From positions 67,938 through 131,937 of the IMG/VR virus record IMGVR_UViG_3300045988_114508: a stretch of 64,000 nt of DNA; one strand, 5' to 3'. Numbering within the stretch: the first letter of the stretch is position 1; every line of letters begins with the position of its first letter. The translations under genes and the position numbers were made by a program. This DNA comes from a virus. The notes beneath the pieces are model-generated. The model did not search any database. It was not told where the DNA came from and worked only from the letters and a program-made list of their open reading frames with translations. Of the stretch, positions 19,901-27,743 are shown in pieces.

Positions 19901-20390
19901 GGTAGAAAAAACCAATCTCAAACGTCTCAGTGTCTATGCCGGCACGTTCCTTATCATGCAGGCCGTATCTATGCTTCTTGCCGGATGGCGTGATGATGAT
20001 GAAAACGAAGAAAGTTGGCTTACTCAATTTGGATCCTATGTCGGATTCAGAACCATAAACGAAATAGCTTCACAGATGCCGTTTATTATGGAGCTTAACG
20101 TGGTAGATATCATTAACGATCCGTTTGTTATGGGGCGAAAACTGAAGGATCTTACCGATCTTAGGAATTATTCACTTGATAAAGTAACATCCGGTACATA
20201 CAAGGGAGAGTCTAAGTTATTTAGGCAACTCGCCAAACAGACGTTTATCAAACAATGGTATAATATCAAGACGCCGGAAGACGTAGCGCGCGCCTATAAT
20301 TGGTGGCAGCAGACGAACAACAAGTCAATGATGTTCTTCATCGGCGCCACTCCTGATTCGGAAGGTGATGAGGATACAAGCTACAAATAG
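13944..20390 (+). CDS. giant protein (2148 aa), function unknown; candidate virion-packaged/ejected protein, cf. the large cargo/RNAP proteins of crAss-like phages
   Basis: 6.4-kb uninterrupted ORF behind its own promoter and terminator; size class matches crAss-like virion RNAP/cargo proteins, but no DxDGD-type catalytic motif found (closest: DIDKGFD, YDADGNE); long alpha-helical/coiled-coil-like middle. Confidence 0.6.
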   Translation: MASTCIIKRDNKKKVVSVSTRSGDRSMLFDKIASVPLMENRERATTVFKTVFSNKFLKAFGDWRKRVPINKQAYNKVKSNIDLIPEAYRERVLDKASKMSNPVLVSKSDAPYEIQESGFGFYSQDLGDNIMLVDAMVPSSISVPEGPGIDAGQYLQDAISSDFTPVSMVQDKGVNYMVIKDGLKIFSPEELPETDSNPVGVTYQTGEPRLFFMNDRSQLFEDYGEALRSGGNDIRIGFLSGTVQESTVDGVADITYKAGKYVLNNPKSFIPVMTASASTSLSTKGGIINYLIKKGLLSGSKIFDPETRSYYLTGEGHTGQIRLFNSALSYTELRNHFGSDVSMNDQGMITISSLDNSKVTMRLATGGTERVSREQIKNDLKSGRYNELDAKYDHFDALVVSFILEDNDLYADTKAKIVSDYSRQERDQRNSIVEILKTLGVSVIGMTDYIEKYQTKYGHEPSAKALADIANNVIAVGEDATLSDLVEETAHFLVEAYRDQNAVEAVLQDVEGTEEWNQYAGQYYNTYGKVYEGAELDNAVRREILGKILAREMQTGTAQAPVEPTSFLGRVRQLFYGIVSWLKSALSTQRQDLNNVIKNIRDLAITDIDKGFDTSLLKDNDFTLYSLSSMNKNKFLESKIRSLRKTLRDLRQISSDRAVTTSMTLAQLKIIEDKINKVETEIDKNEMAAAMNSMISTAEAQVRYLSNVVNTILHGDTKDGKLHFNTNDRKNVDIINNQVLPIMNDLRGYIRNRSTEFDEREKQDYTNRINTVIADINGVQSDIKSVQDLDESTLLDKLMNELHVPADKVKRVKEFFDKVQHDVSWISRWFGILEHSSSPFNNALGAMIAKDNYNAMVNAQPAISDFLAYAKKHGFNKSEFEKLLQKVDGKTSNYLRSALDMAKYDRNKKLAQMRAFATAMNIEISEEEINDVVDNNRNYVFKREVVDKDGNTVTENAKFKPSSDRVNTDIFTIEQEKIYTEQMEKWDAENSELEFSESYATRMESIYKKAEEELGHPVSQTTKEYLNALSRQKRILRQPFIDSGGNFDEVAYFKSSNYEEEGLLRKQRKEAASEYIYVGTRRVEKTGDQLKMAKEIQAINEVWRKESNNVTNAVSESFLQKLRTIQSESGGEAALKTLMLGGHLSFNDRFWNDVESEQSARTESNNKASYLKMAHDIISSTTSDRDATDVDSVVKDIEKNKAIIKEIIGNNRDVADIGEINEATFTLSERDAFRAASEAIEADYAILIDYAKMVGLEDIDKYLTKSSKAENEVNQSYLNALADSKEVEWKFVQRHTTAKKAKRIQALRDKLFKAADNRYLFTVSETNYLSEKLGISKELDGRDFRNAVNAKMASLFLNNTREEGIEADIKAGIEEANAIVNEFARSQVFSYYKRMAPTGYAAMIDKIGRGEIDVAQMVKDVQNGTSTQDYGMDISYLSFDPARAWVAESEAENSGRNPDYVKDHGYGHRMPKKSLYRDESYFNDFGIKYDADGNEVATKNVEQWNMIQKLKEIKRQSLDLYKEQSPNLYAIPQISKQDIERIEGLGINFKNTVRNFVSDLCLDRVDDSLYGKTRQGEVYDPEDRLRSIPKYYIYELENQDDVSHDFGYSYSMLMMQSSLYNEKQKSIELAQGLEQMLLNKQFEGGKKAEATQAYQMFRDFFNDHYYGIRMNTKKLTVNIGGYTVDLTRIMMAVERFMSVMNLALSPFVAATGALTGHINLIMESAVGQYISKDSLKYASAEFSRLAPSCIAETGDIDRKSKLYVIGERMGIFNIRNRMYGAGYNRAARTLMRSPMYAFMEILNYPLDPQVMIATMDNVRYYKGRFYTFQDFKMEKERNKEQSTIKREWNALKDRTLWSMVDVVDGKVVVKPGSGVTVEEVETQMAITRNQVRSLSQICNGSLNEENRTAASRNWIARFMTAHRGWLVLAAQRLWKRRGFNFQTMQEEEGLSITLKNMIAKTFSLASESGMKNIIDVWNENKDNMNEVEKTNLKRLSVYAGTFLIMQAVSMLLAGWRDDDENEESWLTQFGSYVGFRTINEIASQMPFIMELNVVDIINDPFVMGRKLKDLTDLRNYSLDKVTSGTYKGESKLFRQLAKQTFIKQWYNIKTPEDVARAYNWWQQTNNKSMMFFIGATPDSEGDEDTSYK

Positions 20391-20602
20391 ACGAAGAATA
20401 TCGAGCTTACATTACTTTGATGTGAGCCAGATATGTTATCTTAGCATTGTCAAAGAGTAGACTATACGTTTTTTGTTCTTACTTTAAGGTTATGTAGGTT
20501 TAATTTTTTCTGAAATTGTTTTCTTACCGGTTCTCAGTCAGAGATGATAGGGAACCGGTTTCTTTTATGTTGTCAATTATTGCTATCTTGCAAACAAAAA
20601 TC

Positions 20603-21016
20603 ATGAGACGAAGATTTCAAATAGGGATGGGGGTAAATCCCTCGCTTATAATCAATAAAGGCATATACATCCAACATGTAGATGGAGGATTATATACAAA
20701 AGAAAATTGGTCTAATAAAGGATATTCCAATGATCTATGCAATGGAATAGCTCTTGTAGATAAAGTGTGTTTTGTTATAGCCACCGAATATATTGGCACA
20801 TCTCGTTGGGGTAAGGATGGAGAAATAGACAATATATTTGCACAAGATAGTTCTCATATTGGAACTATTAAAAAGGATTATTGGGGGCGTGAAAATCAGA
20901 ATGCGTATCTTGAATATGATACCAGTAATACAGATTACGCTTTTAATAAAGCTAATAGCTATTTATTTAAAAATGGTCAAAATGGATATGTAGGTGGCGC
21001 CGGAGAGTTTTTTTGA
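20603..21016 (+). CDS. small protein, MRRR(F/Y) N-terminus family (copy 3)
   Basis: ATG 20603 begins MRRRFQIG; N/Y/G-rich like the 4269 and 4886 genes. Confidence 0.45.
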   Translation: MRRRFQIGMGVNPSLIINKGIYIQHVDGGLYTKENWSNKGYSNDLCNGIALVDKVCFVIATEYIGTSRWGKDGEIDNIFAQDSSHIGTIKKDYWGRENQNAYLEYDTSNTDYAFNKANSYLFKNGQNGYVGGAGEFF

Positions 21017-21219
21017 TATCATTGTATGCTAATGAAATAAATGAATGCCTTTTAATGGTAGGAGGTACGATAATGAGTAATAGAATGTGGACATCCACTC
21101 GAAATACAAAATTTACCTATTCGTGGTATTATGATATAAACATCCAAGGAGATCATTTGGATACAGGTTCAAGGGGTAGTTCACATTATGTCCGCCCTTT
21201 TACTGAATTAATTTTATGA
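21013..21219 (+). CDS. hypothetical small protein (68 aa)
   Basis: ORF with ATGA overlap to the previous stop. Confidence 0.3.
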   Translation: MISLYANEINECLLMVGGTIMSNRMWTSTRNTKFTYSWYYDINIQGDHLDTGSRGSSHYVRPFTELIL

Positions 21220-21223
21220 AATT

Positions 21224-21673
21224 ATGAGAAGAAGATTTGAAAATATTAAGACAGTTGCCGGCGTCAAGATCCCTGTTTTTGCTTGTTCGATTTCGGCCCC
21301 TACAACCACATGGCGAAATCCTGTACCTATTCTTGGTTGTAGATACCGATCTAATGGAGCAACTATGGCGGCTTCCTATGTTTTAGATGAAATTAATAAT
21401 AGCAAGGTATGTACGATGGGCGGTAATCCTATAAATTGTACGATATCAAATTCTGGACAATATATCCAGGCTTACTTTAATGAAGGACAGGTAACAGGTG
21501 ATATTATATTACAGTTTACGATTGGAGACGTTTTTTATTATTTCTTTATTACAGAAGGGTCCAATCAAGTACCTCAACTGAAATTAAGTCCAAGTACTCA
21601 CCTTATTCATTCAATATATAAGATAAGTACAATTGGCAGCTTTGTTCCTATTGACACCTATGTAGAATTATAA
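21224..21673 (+). CDS. small protein, MRRR(F/Y) N-terminus family (copy 4)
   Basis: begins MRRRFENIK; Cys/Asn/Thr-rich. Confidence 0.5.
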   Translation: MRRRFENIKTVAGVKIPVFACSISAPTTTWRNPVPILGCRYRSNGATMAASYVLDEINNSKVCTMGGNPINCTISNSGQYIQAYFNEGQVTGDIILQFTIGDVFYYFFITEGSNQVPQLKLSPSTHLIHSIYKISTIGSFVPIDTYVEL

Positions 21674-21743
21674 TAAAAGATATAAAAATGGTACTAAAAT
21701 GTATTAGTATAAGATAAGACGGTTATTAATCATATATTACAAT

Positions 21744-21780
21744 AATCCCCAACCGTACACCTATTGTATGGCCGGGGATT
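21744..21780. terminator. hairpin at the convergent junction (bidirectional terminator candidate)
   Basis: AATCCCC-N23-GGGGATT between the convergent genes ending at 21673 (+) and 21788 (-). Confidence 0.35.
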
Positions 21781-21787
21781 ATTGTAG

Positions 21788-22045
21788 TTACCATCTTTTC
21801 TTGTAACAAGAATCCACTACCTTTACCTTTTCTTCTTTGTTCTTACCATAATTAAATTCATACGCATCTTCGAATGAATAAAAAACAGCATAACACGCCA
21901 TGCCAAACATATCGTATTTTATCCTGTTTTTCCATTTCCCAAAAATGTTTTGATATTGGCACCAATATTCTACCTCTCCATTAGTTAATTTCCTTTCAAC
22001 TATTCTAATAGAAATATGAAATAAGTTTCTAAGCATTAACTTCAT
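21788..22045 (-). CDS. hypothetical protein (85 aa)
   Basis: last gene of the long minus-strand array. Confidence 0.4.
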   Translation of the reverse strand: MKLMLRNLFHISIRIVERKLTNGEVEYWCQYQNIFGKWKNRIKYDMFGMACYAVFYSFEDAYEFNYGKNKEEKVKVVDSCYKKRW

Positions 22046-22517
22046 GACCTTCCCTATCTGTGAAAACTAAACCAATACCTTCTACAATATATCCTACTAC
22101 AGGAGCTTTGTCAAATTCCTCCTTCGTAGCCCAAGTAGCATTATCAGGCATAAGATCCTTGAATGCGTCCGAAACATCACCTTGACACCAGCAGTTATTT
22201 GATGTAACAATGCCTTTCCCTTCAATATTGATATACATTTTTCTTCCACCACATCCAAGGCTGTTCCATCCGCTCGGTACGTTTTCCACCATAGGCTTAA
22301 GCACCCAGCTTTCACCGTCTATCCTAACCCATCCCGGATCGTCTTTGTGTTTGTCGTACATATTTTGCCAAAAAGAGCATTCGTAGCACCACCCCCTGTC
22401 TTCCATGACAGTTCTTATCTCACACCTTTCAAATCCATCTGCATCCATCGTGTGCGGAGAATGAGGCTGGTGAGGGGTGCCACATTTTGGACATACGAGT
22501 TTTAAATTATTTTTCAT
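22029..22517 (-). CDS. Zn-ribbon-containing hypothetical protein (162 aa)
   Basis: N-terminal CPKCG...H..H; further Cys pairs. Confidence 0.45.
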   Translation of the reverse strand: MKNNLKLVCPKCGTPHQPHSPHTMDADGFERCEIRTVMEDRGWCYECSFWQNMYDKHKDDPGWVRIDGESWVLKPMVENVPSGWNSLGCGGRKMYINIEGKGIVTSNNCWCQGDVSDAFKDLMPDNATWATKEEFDKAPVVGYIVEGIGLVFTDREGHEVNA

Positions 22518-22518
22518 A

Positions 22519-22752
22519 TTATTTCACTTTTACGATTTTAATAGAATCTCCGATATTGTATTCTCCTTGGTATCCAACGAATTTTATAAGCCTATTATTA
22601 TAAAATATTGAAATTCTTTCGTCTTCACCATAATACATTATACATCCATCTTCTAAAGGACGTAGATCATATATAACCCATCCGTTATTAACCTGACTAT
22701 CATGCGAACATGATGATAACACAAGTGCCATCAATAAAATAAAATACTTCAT
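22519..22752 (-). CDS. small lipoprotein (77 aa)
   Basis: signal peptide with lipobox MKYFILLMALVLSSC. Confidence 0.5.
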   Translation of the reverse strand: MKYFILLMALVLSSCSHDSQVNNGWVIYDLRPLEDGCIMYYGEDERISIFYNNRLIKFVGYQGEYNIGDSIKIVKVK

Positions 22753-22759
22753 ATTATTT

Positions 22760-22951
22760 TCAGCATAAAAATTTGTAACCTGGTTTTACTGTCTCCGCTT
22801 CTTCTCTCGTATCAAACATTAAGGTAGTGACAGCTCCTATGCCTTCGCAAACGTAAGATACTTTCACCCACCACCTAAAAATCCCAGATCCGTAATCATC
22901 ATAGTACGGCTCAGAAAGAACTTCTTCTACATACCCATCCAAATAATTCAC
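22760..22951 (-). CDS. hypothetical protein (63 aa)
   Basis: ORF; overlap with the upstream stop. Confidence 0.35.
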   Translation of the reverse strand: MNYLDGYVEEVLSEPYYDDYGSGIFRWWVKVSYVCEGIGAVTTLMFDTREEAETVKPGYKFLC

Positions 22952-23661
22952 GATCGCTCCTCCTTATTTTTAGATTCAGCCTCTTCAAGTATGCTGATCA
23001 CCTTATCAACAATATCCGAATCAGACATTTTCTCAATAAAAATATCCATTGCCTTAGTTATGTCATTGGCTTCTTTTTCTTCAAGAGCTATTTCCCCACC
23101 GGTAATAGCATCAGATAATGATGTAGATAAGTGTCTTATCTTATCAATGCTCATAAACGTAAATGGATTACCACCTTGACCCCCACCCATTTCTTTCATG
23201 ATCTGATATCCACCTGAGATAAGTCTGCCTGATGTCGTGGCCAAGGAGGATACGATTAGGGACAGTACCGCCGCTTCCGTCCGCTCCTCGGACACACCCT
23301 TCGACCACACGGCTGCCCTTATAGCGCCGGCCAGATCGTCTATGTATGGCATGAGGCAATCTTCCATCGCTTGTGTTATATCAGCTATAACCTCACTACG
23401 CTCTTTATTTATGTAGTAGATAGAAGCATTGTACCTCTTTATCTCCTTATCCATATCATTCAAAAATCGTTTGACATTATGTTTGTACATAGGACCACCC
23501 TTAATCACTTCCTTTAGCTTAAGAATGTAATTATAAGCCTGGTCGTTTACGAACAACGTCATGGTTTCAACCGTTGAATGAAGCGTGTTGAGGCTGTTAA
23601 GAATCTTATCGAAATTGTTTATCAAATAAGCTTTTCTGGCTTTTGCCGCGTAATTAATCAT
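22948..23661 (-). CDS. hypothetical protein (237 aa)
   Basis: ORF in a packed array. Confidence 0.5.
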   Translation of the reverse strand: MINYAAKARKAYLINNFDKILNSLNTLHSTVETMTLFVNDQAYNYILKLKEVIKGGPMYKHNVKRFLNDMDKEIKRYNASIYYINKERSEVIADITQAMEDCLMPYIDDLAGAIRAAVWSKGVSEERTEAAVLSLIVSSLATTSGRLISGGYQIMKEMGGGQGGNPFTFMSIDKIRHLSTSLSDAITGGEIALEEKEANDITKAMDIFIEKMSDSDIVDKVISILEEAESKNKEERS

Positions 23662-24196
23662 CGTATTCGAATTTTAGATTTTCAAGTTCGTGTATTTGTA
23701 ACTTAAGAGACTTAATTAAATCCGTTCTCTGCTCCTCTGCATGTTTTAAAGCCTCTTCCTTGCTTTCAAAAGCACAATCCCCTATCTGATAAGGGGTGTA
23801 ACGACCAGGAGTGTCGGCTAATAAAAGACCACCACAATCTTCTATTCTGGCTTTTACCTTTCTTATTTTCCCATCTTTTAGACACATGTCCGTAACCCAT
23901 ACGAATTTACCATATAATTTATCATACTCTTCTAATCTCTCTTCTTGCAATTCATACCATTTAGGCTTAGGAAATCTTAATGTGAATTTAACCTCAGTAT
24001 CTTTTTCTAAGACATTAATATCGTATGCTTCCGGCCACAGCTCTTTTATGCTGTCTTCGTCTTCGGCATACGCTACAAGTATGAATGAATCATCGGATTC
24101 ACCACTGCACCAATATGGATATTTTATAGGCCATTTGACTGGACGGTAGTCGTTATCGCAGTCGGATTTTTTAATGTAAAATCTTGTTCTAATCAT
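23654..24196 (-). CDS. hypothetical protein (180 aa)
   Basis: ORF in a packed array; start overlaps the MTase stop. Confidence 0.5.
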   Translation of the reverse strand: MIRTRFYIKKSDCDNDYRPVKWPIKYPYWCSGESDDSFILVAYAEDEDSIKELWPEAYDINVLEKDTEVKFTLRFPKPKWYELQEERLEEYDKLYGKFVWVTDMCLKDGKIRKVKARIEDCGGLLLADTPGRYTPYQIGDCAFESKEEALKHAEEQRTDLIKSLKLQIHELENLKFEYDD

Positions 24197-25446
24197 GATT
24201 CTTTTATTCTTTTAAGTATATGTTCAATCACTTTAATAGTCCACCCGTTCCCCAACATCTTGTACTGTTGGGTTTCGCTGCATTCCCATTTATACCAATC
24301 TGGTACAGTCTGTAACCTGGAGCACTCTGTAGGGGTTAATCTTCTTATTCTGAAATCGCTATGTAATGCTCTCTGTATGATAAAATTGTTTCTATCATAT
24401 GAATTACAAGATAATGTTGGAGCCTTATCTTCATGAAATCCACCTTTGTTAAATCCTCTTGGTATTTGGAAAATAAGATTATTTTTCTGAACTGTTGTGA
24501 GACAATTGGATTTTCCATCGTTTTTAAATTCAATCATCTGAACTGTTTTAAGACCAGATTCTCTACATGTAGGTTTTTCTGGATTCCTACCTCTCATTGC
24601 TACACAAATAAGATCGTACATGTATTTACCCTTTACGGTAACAGTATTGGATTTCTCATCTTTTGTTTTAATATTAGCTCCATAACAATTTCCCTTGTCG
24701 TGATTTCTTTTCAAGTGAAAAGCTAAATTGTTTAAAACTTTTTCAGATAAGTAATATTTTTCATCTACTTCATATTCCGCTATATCACTTATGGTCAAAC
24801 CTTCGTCTTTAGGTTGAGGGATAATGCCGCCTTGAATATTAGTCCAATAAATACGTTTCCTGGTTTGAGCGGAAACAAGTGCTGAATTAATATGATTGCC
24901 TTTACACCCTATAGCATCATCAAATACCGGCTCCCATTTCTTTCCCATCTTAACGTTCTCAAGAAGAAACAATACATCAGGATTAGTTTTTCTTACATCA
25001 TTCAAAATACGAATAAACTCCCAGAATAAGTAAGACTGACCGACAAATTCAAATCCTTGTTTTTTTAATTCAAGATACTCATTAAGTGATTTGATTTCTA
25101 TTCCTTCTACGGTAGACAACCCTTTTCTTTTTCCAGAAAAGGACATATCCGTACATGGGCTGCCGGCTAAAATAAGATCTATGTGTCCAAGATCTTCTAC
25201 ATTCAAATCCCTTACATCTCCTACTTGTATAGTATTAGGGAAATTTAATTGCGTTTGTTTAATAGCAAACTTATCTATTTCTGATGCATAATATACTTCA
25301 GGTGTGATCCCTATTTCTTTTAACGCTATTTGACCACATGACATTCCGTCAAATAAACTTAACACTCTCATGGCATTATACACATTTTTCAATTTTAATT
25401 GATTTTGATGATAGATACATATTCCATATTCCTCTGCCTCTGTCAC
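24193..25446 (-). CDS. DNA (cytosine-5)-methyltransferase
   Basis: motif I LSLFDGMSCG (FxGxG), motif IV GSPCTDMSFSGKRKG (PC catalytic Cys), motif VI LLENVKM (ENV); no adjacent restriction endonuclease recognised. Confidence 0.8.
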   Translation of the reverse strand: MTEAEEYGICIYHQNQLKLKNVYNAMRVLSLFDGMSCGQIALKEIGITPEVYYASEIDKFAIKQTQLNFPNTIQVGDVRDLNVEDLGHIDLILAGSPCTDMSFSGKRKGLSTVEGIEIKSLNEYLELKKQGFEFVGQSYLFWEFIRILNDVRKTNPDVLFLLENVKMGKKWEPVFDDAIGCKGNHINSALVSAQTRKRIYWTNIQGGIIPQPKDEGLTISDIAEYEVDEKYYLSEKVLNNLAFHLKRNHDKGNCYGANIKTKDEKSNTVTVKGKYMYDLICVAMRGRNPEKPTCRESGLKTVQMIEFKNDGKSNCLTTVQKNNLIFQIPRGFNKGGFHEDKAPTLSCNSYDRNNFIIQRALHSDFRIRRLTPTECSRLQTVPDWYKWECSETQQYKMLGNGWTIKVIEHILKRIKES

Positions 25447-25684
25447 CTTTTTCGTTTTGTTTTTGGATTGTCAAGTACAGATCTCCGTCTTCACATACTT
25501 CAACTTTTTTCAAGAAGCCTATCATTTCATCTCCTGCTTCGTGTAAAATACGGATCTTATCTCCTTCTTTTAACCCATAATTGGAATCAAAATATTCTTT
25601 TTTGATTCTATCAATATTGTCTTTATGGTTTTTTATAGCATAAAGCTCTTTTCTTAATAAATAATTTAGTTGTTCTATTGTCAT
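25376..25684 (-). CDS. hypothetical protein (102 aa)
   Basis: ORF; 3' end overlaps the MTase start by ~70 nt. Confidence 0.4.
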   Translation of the reverse strand: MTIEQLNYLLRKELYAIKNHKDNIDRIKKEYFDSNYGLKEGDKIRILHEAGDEMIGFLKKVEVCEDGDLYLTIQKQNEKGDRGRGIWNMYLSSKSIKIEKCV

Positions 25685-26226
25685 TTCTTTTCCTCCTTAT
25701 TTAATGGTATCAACCCTTTTCCATGCTTGTCATACCACAGCATAGCTATGCAGTTCCATGCACATTGTGCAAGATGAAAACATCCTGTATCGGAATCCAC
25801 TCTTTCTCCTTTCATGTATTCCATCAGGTGTCGAAACATTGCAGCTCGATACCGTTCAAACCCATTGTCAAGGTTCTGCCATTTATTGGGTCCGTACTTC
25901 TTTGCACCAGCATGATAGACTCTTACAATATCCTCAATCTCTTCCATTGGAAGCAAATCCCATCGTAGTTTATCGTCAATGATGTCATTCTTTACCGACT
26001 TACTTTCTTTATTTTCAAAAAGAGTATTATCACTCTTAGATATATATTCAACTGGTACATCGAACTTCATACGACCTTCGTATGACAGTGTAACTTCTGT
26101 ATCTCCTTTTTTGATATCCTTTTCACATGCAACCTTAAGTCCTTTTCTGGCTACTGTTACTTCACGAACATTAAGATCTCTGTTAAGAACTACATCGGTT
26201 CCTTTTTTAATAATAATATCGTCCAT
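25681..26226 (-). CDS. putative nucleotide pyrophosphohydrolase-like all-alpha domain protein (DUF550 / dATP-dGTP diphosphohydrolase N-domain-like)
   Basis: W..L..E..ED..RVYHAGAKKYG...W....GFERYRAAMFRHL.....GE..DSDTGCFHLAQCAWNCIAMLW resembles the conserved core of phage DUF550-type proteins; assignment made from memory of the family signature. Confidence 0.35.
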   Translation of the reverse strand: MDDIIIKKGTDVVLNRDLNVREVTVARKGLKVACEKDIKKGDTEVTLSYEGRMKFDVPVEYISKSDNTLFENKESKSVKNDIIDDKLRWDLLPMEEIEDIVRVYHAGAKKYGPNKWQNLDNGFERYRAAMFRHLMEYMKGERVDSDTGCFHLAQCAWNCIAMLWYDKHGKGLIPLNKEEKK

Positions 26227-26271
26227 CTTTTATTTTGTTTTATCGTTATTTTAATTAACTGTCTAATAATA

Positions 26272-26616
26272 TCATCCATCATCTCCTACAAAGCGATCAA
26301 ATTCTTCTCCGCTCATGATAATGCGATTAATGATAATTATGCCGTTATTGCTATAACTATCATTTTTAACTCCCATGTCATCAAGCTCCTTCTTTAAATC
26401 TTCAAATGTAGGGCCTTTCTTGTCTTTAAAAAATAAAGTAGCATACACAACCCTTCCGTCGTTTTGTTTTATTCTTACGGTATAGACATACCCTTTTTCA
26501 TCTTCATCCTTTTTATTGATACCATCAAGGATGCTATTTATCATATCCTTGTCCTCACGTGATAGGTTGGATATGGCTATTCTGCCCTTTAATCTAAATA
26601 CTTCATTTTCGTTCAT
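26272..26616 (-). CDS. hypothetical protein (114 aa)
   Basis: ORF. Confidence 0.45.
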   Translation of the reverse strand: MNENEVFRLKGRIAISNLSREDKDMINSILDGINKKDEDEKGYVYTVRIKQNDGRVVYATLFFKDKKGPTFEDLKKELDDMGVKNDSYSNNGIIIINRIIMSGEEFDRFVGDDG

Positions 26617-26900
26617 GACTTTCTGTTTTTGTTGTTTTCAAAATATTGTCTTACGGATTCTATGGCTTTATCATCATCAAAAGCTTCTTCAAACTCCGTG
26701 TAGAACCTATCTCGCTCCATGCAGAATGTGTTTTTCCCTTCCGGTATAGGACGGAACACAACCACCTTCTCTTTGTCGTGATTGGTTCCTATTATGTTAT
26801 TGTCTAAGATAATAGAATACCTTCTTGAACTTTTGTTGATAACAACATCATGTTGAAGACCATACAATTTAAGTATTTCCCTTAATTCATTTGTTTCCAT
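26613..26900 (-). CDS. hypothetical protein (95 aa)
   Basis: ORF; overlaps both neighbours. Confidence 0.45.
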   Translation of the reverse strand: METNELREILKLYGLQHDVVINKSSRRYSIILDNNIIGTNHDKEKVVVFRPIPEGKNTFCMERDRFYTEFEEAFDDDKAIESVRQYFENNKNRKS

Positions 26901-27675
26901 TATTTGAAGATTTTATATTTTTAGAAGATACTGCTCCCGATCCCCACTTTTTCTTATATATAGCCCCCATCATGTTTATTAAATCGGAAAAAGAAGATAT
27001 GGTTCCCATTTCTATACAAAATGCAAGATTGGATTGAAGCATTTCAAGTTCTTTTAACTGCTCTTGAGTTGCTCTGTTTCTTATCATGCTCTCATGTTCG
27101 TTAAAAACGATCCAATTGAGGCCTTTAGCCATTCTCGTATAATCAGCATCAGGAAATCTTGATATGGCCCTTGATAGGACATTATATTTATCTCCTGCTT
27201 CTATCCTATTTAAAATAAGTTTGTCCGTCAACCATGTTACTACTTCAGCATACAGCATAGGGTTAAGCTCCATAGCTACAAGAACCCATATATAAGGATT
27301 GCACATCGTCCTCCTATTCTCTCCTCTTCCCATAGTTTTATAAGCTCCCATCTTTTTCATCACTTTTATAAGTGATTCTTTTTCAACAGATTGGATAAAA
27401 CCAGGAAATCCTGCTTCTATCGTATATCCCTGTTTTTCAAGGATATAGTATATTCGTTCAGCACTTTCTTTATTGGACAGAATGTTCTCTATTCTCTTTT
27501 CATTCCATCCCATTTCTATCCTTTTTCTCGTATAAGCCTCTTGTAGGTCTGTTAAGGACATAAATGATGTTTTGGTGTCTTGTTTAATTATAACACCAAA
27601 CAGTTCCCGATCTTTCGATACCATTGTAACATTTGTTTTCATGAAATATAACACTAAAAAAATATCATGATGCAA
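26887..27675 (-). CDS. putative KilA-N-like DNA-binding domain protein
   Basis: N-terminal ...RELFGVIIKQDTKTSFMSLTDLQEAY... resembles the KilA-N/APSES fold signature; weak. Confidence 0.35.
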   Translation of the reverse strand: MHHDIFLVLYFMKTNVTMVSKDRELFGVIIKQDTKTSFMSLTDLQEAYTRKRIEMGWNEKRIENILSNKESAERIYYILEKQGYTIEAGFPGFIQSVEKESLIKVMKKMGAYKTMGRGENRRTMCNPYIWVLVAMELNPMLYAEVVTWLTDKLILNRIEAGDKYNVLSRAISRFPDADYTRMAKGLNWIVFNEHESMIRNRATQEQLKELEMLQSNLAFCIEMGTISSFSDLINMMGAIYKKKWGSGAVSSKNIKSSNNGNK

Positions 27676-27743
27676 ATATATACATCATGATACATCAATA
27701 AAAAATTATAGTGTTAAATTTTACTTATAGTGTTTTTATGGAC

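Noticed and set aside
15668-20027. Antisense ORFs inside the 2148-aa gene (e.g. 15668-15859, 17369-17575, 18012-18491, 18798-19294, 19560-20027)
   Set aside because: Same reasoning: shadow ORFs on the opposite strand of a continuous 6.4-kb coding frame.
13944-20390. Assigning the 2148-aa ORF as a crAss-like virion RNA polymerase
   Set aside because: A manual scan found no DxDGD/DFDGD-type catalytic motif or obvious double-psi beta-barrel signature. Only DIDKGFD and YDADGNE were seen. Similarity rests on size and genomic position only, so it is kept as a hypothesis.
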